Assembly: GCA_045600525.1 (NCBI GenBank) | Contig: JAZRYC010000162.1 | Coordinates: 1-62,802, forward strand | Length of the DNA: 62,802 nt | DNA from: Bacteroidales bacterium | Lineage (GTDB): Bacteria; Bacteroidota; Bacteroidia; Bacteroidales; WCHB1-69 | Reading direction: 5' to 3' | Part shown: positions 16,786-23,896 of the stretch, one piece after another | Numbering within the stretch: position 1 is the stretch's first letter | How the letters are laid out: the number at the start of each line of letters is the position of its first letter | Notes under the pieces: generated by a model | What the model saw: only the letters and a program-made list of their open reading frames with translations | Told to the model about the DNA's origin: nothing | Database searches by the model: none | Program-made: the position numbers and the translations under genes

Positions 16786-17307
16786 ATGACGAAACAGGAA
16801 TTGAGAAAACAGATTCGGTTATTGAAGAAACAATATTCGACGGAGCAGCTTTTGGAAAAATCGCAGGCGATATGCGCCCATTTGGAGGAATGCCCTGAAT
16901 TTCAGATGGCCGGCACCGTAATGCTGTACAGTGCGCTTCCCGACGAAGTGCAGACACAGGCCCTTTTGGAAAAGTGGTGCCGAACAAAGCGCATCATTTT
17001 GCCCACTGTGGTGGGCGACGACATTGTGCCGGTGGAACTTACAGAGGATACGGCATTCGTCGTGGGAGATTTCAATATCCTTGAACCGCAAAACGAACCC
17101 TATACAGGCTCCTTCGACCTAATGGTGGTGCCGGGCATGGCTTTTGACCATGACGGGAACCGCTTGGGCCGTGGGCGCGGATACTACGACCGCTTCCTTA
17201 GCAAACATTTGTCTGTACCCAGAATAGGAATATGCTTTGATTTCCAACGGGTGCCGTCTGTCCCCGTGGAACCTACCGATATCCGCATGAACAGGGTGAT
17301 TTTCTAA
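16786..17307 (+). CDS. 5-formyltetrahydrofolate cyclo-ligase
   Basis: MTKQELRKQIR..., ILPTVVGDD and VVPGMAFDHDGNRLGRGRGYYDRFL motifs. The TTG extension from 16765 is rejected. Confidence 0.88.
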   Translation: MTKQELRKQIRLLKKQYSTEQLLEKSQAICAHLEECPEFQMAGTVMLYSALPDEVQTQALLEKWCRTKRIILPTVVGDDIVPVELTEDTAFVVGDFNILEPQNEPYTGSFDLMVVPGMAFDHDGNRLGRGRGYYDRFLSKHLSVPRIGICFDFQRVPSVPVEPTDIRMNRVIF

Positions 17308-17370
17308 TAATTTTTCAAATTGTTAAAAACTTTTTTTGGTAGGATAAAAACAGAGTATGGTAAATATTTG

Positions 17371-17378
17371 TACCTTTG
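17371..17378 (+). promoter_or_regulatory. -7 box TACCTTTG upstream of giant gene 1
   Basis: Exact TAnnTTTG followed by C, about 102 nt upstream of the ATG at 17481. Confidence 0.4.
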
Positions 17379-17480
17379 CCCCCTGTTTTCCCAAATATGG
17401 GATAGGTATATTATTTAAGACGCTTATTTTGAGACAATAACATTTTACAATTCACTTATTATTAACCAAATTCTTTTCTT

Positions 17481-20400
17481 ATGAAAAAGTTTCTATTTTT
17501 GATGCTGACGGTGATTATGATGTTGCCGGCGGTATTGCGGGCACAGGAAACCCTGACGATCGCAGATGGAACGACAACCAATGGTTATGTTCCCATCTAT
17601 GGCCTTTATGTGGACGAATATGTGCGTGCACAGACCATCTATCCCGATGTTATGTTGGAAGACATGGTTGGGGCATCTATCAGTTCAATGACCTATTATT
17701 TAAGCTCTACTTCTACAGTTTCTTCAACGGATGCATGGGGATGTCCTTTCCGTGTGCGTATGGCTGTGGTGGACGACGAAACGTTTGCCTCTAGCGCTTT
17801 TAATAGCACTACACTGACGGAAGTTTATTATGGTACCATTACGGTTGAAACAGACCTAACCATGCGTATTGAATTTGATGAACCCTTCCAGTATGATGGC
17901 GGCCATTTGATGGTTGACATTATCAATGAAAATACGGGAACTTACCATTCATCTTACTATTATGGAGCACCGTATGAAAATGCCAGTATTGCTGGTCATA
18001 ATTCTTCAAGTACCTCTAGTATTTCTTCTCTTAGTATTTATAATTTCATTCCGAAAACTACTTTTGAATACACCGCAGGTGGCGGCCCCATCTGTAGGTC
18101 TACTTCTGGTATTACGGTGACGGATGTGGATGAACAATCTGCCACTATTTACTGGTCTCCCAAAGGAGATGAGTCTTCTTGGGATATCTATTTAGCCGAA
18201 TCCGAAGATGATGTTCCAGATGCTACAACTGATGCCACCTATACTTCCAATGATACCAGTTACACTCTTTCCGGCTTGAATTCTTCCACTAGCTATATCG
18301 TATATGTCCGTGCCAATTGTGGTGATGGCGTGAGTTCTTGGAAACAGGTTTCTTTTACGACTTCCCAAATTCCTGGTATGCTGCCTTATCTTTGCGATTT
18401 TGAGGACGAAGCCGAAAATGAAAGTTGGACTATTATCACTGGTACGCCTAACTCCTGGTACATTGGCTCCGCTGTGAATACGACGGAATCTGGTGAAAAC
18501 GCCCTCTATGTGTCCAATGACAATGGTACGAGCAATGCCTATACCAATAGCACTTCCTGTACTTCATGGGCTTATCGCGATATTGATTTTGACCAAATGG
18601 CTGAATACGCTATTCGCTTTAAATATAAATGTGTTGGCGAATCTAGTTATGACTATTTGAAGGTGTTCGTTGGCGCACCGGCTACTCCTTCCGGAAGTAA
18701 TACGCCCGCAGGTGCAACCCTTCTTGGAACGTATAATACACACTCTTCTTGGACGGATGTGGAACTTTCTCTTAATTCTCAATACGCCGGTATTCAGCGT
18801 GTGTATTTCTTATGGAGAAACGATGGCTCTGGTGGTTCCAACCCACCTGCCGCTGTGGATGACATTGAGATTACGGGATCCAACTGCGGAGCTCCTTTAG
18901 GACTTGCTTTGGGAGATATTACGTCTAATGAAATTACCATCCATATCACTCCCGCTCTGGAAACCGATGGCGCTTGGGAAGCTCAGATCGTTTCCGGTAC
19001 CGATACCATGACGGAGTCTATTAACGAATTGGAATATACGTTTACCGGTCTTAATTCGGATACCTATTATCAAATTAGAGTGAGAACCGACTGTGGCGGC
19101 GAATACAGCAATTGGTCAAATGGTATTGGTGCTCGCACTGACTGCGAAACGATGGTTGCTCCTTATGAAGAAAACTTTACTGGCTTCGATAGCAATCCTT
19201 CTGCCTGCTGGGGAAGATATACCGGCTTGGCTTCTTCCGTTTTCAATGGCGGCGCGCTTACTTCCACTACTTCTGGTTGGATTTTCACCAGCAGTAATGT
19301 GTTCCCAATGGGTCACCCGAAGATCAATGTATATGGTTCTTCTACCGCTAAAACGTGGTTGGTTTCTCCTGAAATTGACTTGAGCAACCTGAGCAATCCG
19401 ACTTTGATGTTCTCTTTGGCATTGACCGATTATGGTAGTGCTGATCCTATTGAAGATGTTACAAACCAGGGTGACGATAAGTTTATGGTGATTATTTCCA
19501 CAGATGGTGGTGCTACTTGGACAGAAGAAAATGCCACAATTTGGAGTGATGACAATACGGTGGGCGACTATGCCTACAGTACCATCAGCAGTACGGGTGA
19601 AGACGTTACCATTTCTTTGGAACAATATGCTGGAGAAACCATTAAGATAGCCTTCTACGCTGAATCTACCCAAAGCAATGGCGATAATGACCTCCATATC
19701 TATGATGTGATTGTGAATGAACCCGTTGCTTGTGTAAGACCGAATGCTCTTACGGTTACTGACGTTACTTCTTCTTCCGTTACCCTTGAATGGGAGGAAA
19801 TGGGCGAAGCTTCTTCCTGGAATGTGGCTTATGGTCCTGAAGGATTTACGATTGATGACGAAACAATGGTGGTGAATGTTTCTGAACCTACGGCTACGAT
19901 TGACGATTTGGAAGGTGGTACTAAATATGATTTCTATGTTCAAGCCGACTGCGGTGGCGAAACCAGCTTGTGGAGAGGTCCTATTCTCGGTGTTCCGGGA
20001 ACCTATACCTTTGGCAATACGGGTAGCGATACTGTGACAGCTTGTGGCCTTGTTATTTATGATGAAGGTGGTGCCACGGGTGTATATAACAATAATTCAG
20101 ACTTTGTATTGGTAATCTATCCTGAAGAAGAAGGTTCCTATGTGGCTGTATATGGTGAACTGACCACTGAAAGTGTTGACTATCTCCGTATTTACGATGG
20201 TGTGGGTACTTCTGGCTCATACACTGAATATAGCGGTTCTGGTGTTACGATTCCTGTTACGATTTCCACCACGGGTCCGCTCACACTGAAATTCCATTCT
20301 GATTATTCTGTTACCTATGCGGGTTTTGAACTTCATCAGGCCTGTGTATCCTGTGTGGCTCCTGCTATTCAGCTTGAAAACCTTACTACCGAATCGGTTA

Positions 20401-23400
20401 CTTTGAGTTGGAGTGATAATGATGGTGAAACTTCTGCTTGGCAGTTGGTTTATGGTCCTGCCGGCATCAATCCTGAAACAGCAGAACCGGAAGATGTTTT
20501 CACCAACACCTACGATCTTACCGATCTTACCGCCAACACCGTGTACGATGTATATATTAGAACCAATTGTGGTGATGAATATAGTTTATGGTCATCGGTT
20601 ACCCGCTTCCGCACGCCTTGTGATGCTATAGATGAATTACCATTTGAAGAAGGCTTTGATAGCTATACCGCTTCCAGCTCTTCCATGTTTAATGACTGCT
20701 GGACGACTTACACTACGGGTAGCTATTATTATCCGTATGTGTCTTCTTCTTATGGACATAATGGTTCATCTAAGAGTCTTTATTTTGGTTATAGTTCCAA
20801 CTACTATGTTGCCCTTCCTCAGTTTGAAGAAGAAATTACTGCTTTGCAGTTGAGCTTCTATCAGAAGTATAATACTACTTCAACTTATGAATATGCTGTT
20901 GGTGTGATGTCCAATCCTAGTGACCTTTCCACCTTTGATACGATTTATGTAGGTACTGTGTCAACTGATTGGACGCTTTGCGAAGTTCCTTTGGCTTCCT
21001 ATACGGGAACGGGTCGCAACCTGGCTATTCGTACCGATAAATATATGTACATTGACGACATCGTTGTGGATTATATGCCTGACTGTCCGACACCTACCCT
21101 ATTTAGAGCAGATGCTATTTCCACTAATAGCATTTCCTTGTCTTGGTTTGAAAATGGTACGGCTACGTCTTGGGACATCACCTATTTCGATGGTACGGAC
21201 ACGGTCACTGTTACCGCTGATGTGAATGAAATGTTTGAAATCTCCAACTTGGAATCCAGTACATCCTATACGTTTACCTTAACCTCTGATTGCGGTAGCA
21301 ACCCGGTATCCCTTACCGTTCGCACGGCATGTGATGCGTTCCCGATTCCTTACACGGAAGATTTCGAAAGCTATTCAACCAGTACGAATATTCCTTGCTG
21401 GAACGTATTGAGCGGTACGGTGCAACCTTCTACCTCTTATCCGTGTGGCGGAACACAGGCTCTTAAGTTCTCCGGTACATTGAACAATATGGTGGTGATG
21501 CCTGCTTTCACTTCGGAAATCAGCGAATTGGAAATTTCCTTCAACACACGTCCTGAAAGTTTCACTTCTGATTACTCAGGTACTTTCCAAGTAGGTTATG
21601 TAACCAACGCAGCAGATGCTTCCACCTTTGTACCTACGGCAACCTTTACATGGTCTGACTTCGCTGATTGTGACGAACGCGTTGCTCTATTCCCAGATGC
21701 TCCTGCAGGCAGCCAAATTGCCTTCCGTCACCAGCCTACTTTGGACAACTGGTATTGGTTTGTGGACGACATCAATGTACATGATATTCCGACCTGCCCG
21801 AGACCTGCCAACCTCACCTTGGCTTCCGCAGAAACAAACAGCTTGTTCTTAAGCTGGACGGAAACAGGTGATGCCACTTCTTGGATTATCTCCTATTTCG
21901 ATGGTACGGATTCCGTTTATGAAACGGCTACGACCAATGAAATGTATGAACTCGCTGGTTTGAACAGCAATACAGCCTATGCGATTAGTGTTGTGGCCGA
22001 CTGTGGTGGCGAAACCAGTATGCCTATTTTCGGTACCTTCCGCACTGCCTGCGGTGAAATCAGCATTCCTTACACGGAAGATTTCGAAAGCTATGCAACC
22101 AGTGCAGATCTTCCTTGTTGGACCGTATTGGGCGGCACGGTACAACCGAGCACAAGTTATACACATTCTGGCGCAAGAAGCCTCAAGTTTTCAGGCAGCA
22201 CAAACAATATAATTGCAATGCCTTCCACAGAAGATGAAATCAATACGCTTGAACTTACATTCTTCACACGTCCTGAAAGCTTCTCAACTGCATCTTGCGG
22301 ATCCTTCCAAGTAGGTTATGTAACCGATTTGACTGACGCTTCTTCCTTCGTGGCTGTAGATAACTATACGTATTCTGATTTCTCAGACTATGAAGAAAAA
22401 ACGGTTGTATTTACGTCTGCACCTGCAGGAAGCTATGTCGCTTTCCGTCATCAAGCCGGCTCTTCCGCTTGGTATTGGTTTGTAGATGATATTGACCTCC
22501 ATGAAGTTCCTTCTTGTCCGAAACCTTCTCAGCTGACTGTGACGAATGTTACTTCTACGGATGTTACCCTTGAATGGAACGAGAATGGTTCTGCTTCAGA
22601 ATGGGAAATTGAATATGGTCCTATTGGCTTCACCCATGGTAACGGTACAACGGAAACCGCTACGGATCATCCTTATACCGTACAAGGTCTTGACATGGAT
22701 AATTATGAATTCTATGTGCGCGCCAATTGTGATGCCAATGACCAAAGTGATTGGGTAGGTCCTGTTTTTGCAGCACCTGGCTCCTTCAATATTCCTGCTA
22801 CGGGTACGGCTACCGTGTCTATGTGTGGTGGTAGTATCTATGATAACGGTGGTATCAATGGAAACTATTCTACCTCCTGCAATGCCACGGTGGTTATCAA
22901 TCCTGACACCCCGGGTATGCTGGTGCAGATCTCCGGTACATTTGATCTGGAACATGGATATGACTATCTTGAAGTATATGATGGAACAGACGCTACCGGA
23001 ACATATGTATTCAGAAGTTCTACTTCGACTTCTGATCCACAGTCGGGAGCTATTCCTACGATTACTTCCACTACGGGATCACTGACCTTACATTTCTATT
23101 CAGATGGTTCTAATCAGTATACAGGTTTCGCTATCAGCGTGGAATGTGTTAATGGTTCTGGCCCTGGTCCTCAACCTGTAGATACCTGCAATGCTCCTAC
23201 GCAACTTGCCGCATCTGAAATAACACACTCTTCTGTGAAATTGGATTGGGCACAGGAAGGTGATGTAAACAGCTGGACGGTTTACTACAAGAAAGCTACG
23301 GCTACCTCTTGGAGCACTATTCCTGCTGCTACACATCCTATGACCATCACGGATTTGGAAGCTGAAACCGCATACGAAGCTTATGTTAAAGCTAACTGCG

Positions 23401-23708
23401 CAGAAGGCGAAAGCGAACCTTCCAACACGGTTACCTTCACCACGAATCCTGACGGTGTGAACGACTACGTTTTGGAAAACAGCATCAGCCTGTATCCTAA
23501 CCCTGCCAACGAACAACTCACCATCAGCCGTGCTCAAGGTATGATGAACGAAGTGATTGTTTACGATGTTTACGGTAAGACCCTCCGCACGATGTCCGTC
23601 AATGACAACACGGTAGTGGTGAACGTAAATGACCTCGCTGCAGGTATGTACTTCGTACGCATCATCACCAACGAAGGTATGGCTACGAAGACCTTTGTGA
23701 AGAAATAA
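17481..23708 (+). CDS. giant secreted multidomain T9SS cargo protein 1 (2075 aa; FN3, jelly-roll and CUB-like modules, T9SS C-terminal domain)
   Basis: Uninterrupted 6.2-kb ORF with signal peptide MKKFLFLMLTVIMMLPAVLRA. By eye it has about 8 FN3-like units, about 5 jelly-roll units (PY.E.F...CW ... DD..V) and 2 CUB-like units. The C-terminal ...SLYPNPANEQLTIS...GMYFVRIITNEGMATKTFVKK is typical of type-A T9SS CTDs. Confidence 0.85.
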   Translation: MKKFLFLMLTVIMMLPAVLRAQETLTIADGTTTNGYVPIYGLYVDEYVRAQTIYPDVMLEDMVGASISSMTYYLSSTSTVSSTDAWGCPFRVRMAVVDDETFASSAFNSTTLTEVYYGTITVETDLTMRIEFDEPFQYDGGHLMVDIINENTGTYHSSYYYGAPYENASIAGHNSSSTSSISSLSIYNFIPKTTFEYTAGGGPICRSTSGITVTDVDEQSATIYWSPKGDESSWDIYLAESEDDVPDATTDATYTSNDTSYTLSGLNSSTSYIVYVRANCGDGVSSWKQVSFTTSQIPGMLPYLCDFEDEAENESWTIITGTPNSWYIGSAVNTTESGENALYVSNDNGTSNAYTNSTSCTSWAYRDIDFDQMAEYAIRFKYKCVGESSYDYLKVFVGAPATPSGSNTPAGATLLGTYNTHSSWTDVELSLNSQYAGIQRVYFLWRNDGSGGSNPPAAVDDIEITGSNCGAPLGLALGDITSNEITIHITPALETDGAWEAQIVSGTDTMTESINELEYTFTGLNSDTYYQIRVRTDCGGEYSNWSNGIGARTDCETMVAPYEENFTGFDSNPSACWGRYTGLASSVFNGGALTSTTSGWIFTSSNVFPMGHPKINVYGSSTAKTWLVSPEIDLSNLSNPTLMFSLALTDYGSADPIEDVTNQGDDKFMVIISTDGGATWTEENATIWSDDNTVGDYAYSTISSTGEDVTISLEQYAGETIKIAFYAESTQSNGDNDLHIYDVIVNEPVACVRPNALTVTDVTSSSVTLEWEEMGEASSWNVAYGPEGFTIDDETMVVNVSEPTATIDDLEGGTKYDFYVQADCGGETSLWRGPILGVPGTYTFGNTGSDTVTACGLVIYDEGGATGVYNNNSDFVLVIYPEEEGSYVAVYGELTTESVDYLRIYDGVGTSGSYTEYSGSGVTIPVTISTTGPLTLKFHSDYSVTYAGFELHQACVSCVAPAIQLENLTTESVTLSWSDNDGETSAWQLVYGPAGINPETAEPEDVFTNTYDLTDLTANTVYDVYIRTNCGDEYSLWSSVTRFRTPCDAIDELPFEEGFDSYTASSSSMFNDCWTTYTTGSYYYPYVSSSYGHNGSSKSLYFGYSSNYYVALPQFEEEITALQLSFYQKYNTTSTYEYAVGVMSNPSDLSTFDTIYVGTVSTDWTLCEVPLASYTGTGRNLAIRTDKYMYIDDIVVDYMPDCPTPTLFRADAISTNSISLSWFENGTATSWDITYFDGTDTVTVTADVNEMFEISNLESSTSYTFTLTSDCGSNPVSLTVRTACDAFPIPYTEDFESYSTSTNIPCWNVLSGTVQPSTSYPCGGTQALKFSGTLNNMVVMPAFTSEISELEISFNTRPESFTSDYSGTFQVGYVTNAADASTFVPTATFTWSDFADCDERVALFPDAPAGSQIAFRHQPTLDNWYWFVDDINVHDIPTCPRPANLTLASAETNSLFLSWTETGDATSWIISYFDGTDSVYETATTNEMYELAGLNSNTAYAISVVADCGGETSMPIFGTFRTACGEISIPYTEDFESYATSADLPCWTVLGGTVQPSTSYTHSGARSLKFSGSTNNIIAMPSTEDEINTLELTFFTRPESFSTASCGSFQVGYVTDLTDASSFVAVDNYTYSDFSDYEEKTVVFTSAPAGSYVAFRHQAGSSAWYWFVDDIDLHEVPSCPKPSQLTVTNVTSTDVTLEWNENGSASEWEIEYGPIGFTHGNGTTETATDHPYTVQGLDMDNYEFYVRANCDANDQSDWVGPVFAAPGSFNIPATGTATVSMCGGSIYDNGGINGNYSTSCNATVVINPDTPGMLVQISGTFDLEHGYDYLEVYDGTDATGTYVFRSSTSTSDPQSGAIPTITSTTGSLTLHFYSDGSNQYTGFAISVECVNGSGPGPQPVDTCNAPTQLAASEITHSSVKLDWAQEGDVNSWTVYYKKATATSWSTIPAATHPMTITDLEAETAYEAYVKANCAEGESEPSNTVTFTTNPDGVNDYVLENSISLYPNPANEQLTISRAQGMMNEVIVYDVYGKTLRTMSVNDNTVVVNVNDLAAGMYFVRIITNEGMATKTFVKK
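17544..18095 (+). other. unclassified ~185-190-aa module 'A' (copy in protein 1)
   Basis: ...NGYVPIYGLYVDEYVRAQTIYP... ends at a Cys (GGGPIC). Related to 25520..26089, 30459..31028 and 32061..32624. Confidence 0.5.
19995..20354 (+). other. CUB-like domain (protein 1, copy 1)
   Basis: TACGLVIYDEGGATGVYNNNSD...VDYLRIYDGVGTSG...GPLTLKFHSDYSVTYAGFELHQAC follows the CUB pattern CG..I...G.Y.N......YD.L.IYDG.....L.F.SD.S....GF. Confidence 0.55.
21084..22514 (+). repeat. in-frame tandem duplication (711 + 720 nt) of an FN3 + jelly-roll unit inside gene 1
   Basis: Unit boundaries fall at Cys codons 21084, 21795 and 22515. The identical 30-mer attccttacacggaagatttcgaaagctat occurs at about 21345 and about 22065 (720-nt period). 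Confidence 0.8.
22776..23147 (+). other. CUB-like domain (protein 1, copy 2)
   Basis: SMCGGSIYDNGGINGNYSTSCN...YDYLEVYDGTDATG...GSLTLHFYSDGSNQYTGFAISVEC. Confidence 0.55.
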
Positions 23709-23762
23709 TCTTCTCAAAAAATAATACGATGAAAGGGCGGAAGTTTTTTCCGCCCTTTTTTT
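23178..23762 (+). repeat. conserved 3' cassette (FN3 + T9SS CTD + stop + terminator), copy 1
   Basis: Collinear without indels with 28868..29452 at a constant offset of 5690 nt. The last ~194 nt show about 5 mismatches by eye. Confidence 0.85.
23733..23762 (+). terminator. terminator of giant gene 1
   Basis: aagggcggaa gtttt ttccgccctt followed by a T-run. Confidence 0.75.
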
Positions 23763-23823
23763 GTCGCCAATTGGCCGGTCCGCGGTGCCCCTTCTTTTTT
23801 TGTAGCGCAAATCATAAATTTTG

Positions 23824-23831
23824 TATTTTCG
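23824..23831 (+). promoter_or_regulatory. near-consensus -7 box TATTTTCG upstream of giant gene 2
   Basis: One mismatch to TAnnTTTG. The context ttttgtattttcgcc resembles the gene 3 upstream context tttttgtatattcgcc. Confidence 0.3.
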
Positions 23832-23896
23832 CCCGCCTAATATTGAAGTGTATTATAATATAATGACAATCTTTATTAATATTTAAATCTTATTTT

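Noticed and set aside
17308-17480. Invertible (phase-variable) promoter or DGR-type diversification of the giant genes
   Set aside because: I found no flanking inverted repeats around the three upstream regions, no site-specific recombinase or reverse transcriptase gene in the window, and no template/variable repeat pair. Diversification appears to be by module duplication and cassette recombination instead.
19116-19943. 275-aa minus-strand ORF inside giant gene 1 (similarly 27443..28132, 30498..30896 and 32976..33392 in genes 2 and 3)
   Set aside because: These are antisense shadows of the giant + strand ORFs with Arg/Ile/His-rich low-information sequence, no start context and no promoter boxes.
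23100-23810. 236-aa minus-strand ORF that resembles the 228-aa ORF at 28808..29494 and the 137-aa ORF at 35733..36146
   Set aside because: Their mutual similarity only mirrors the conserved 3' cassettes of the giant genes on the opposite strand. They run through the terminators and are not independent genes.
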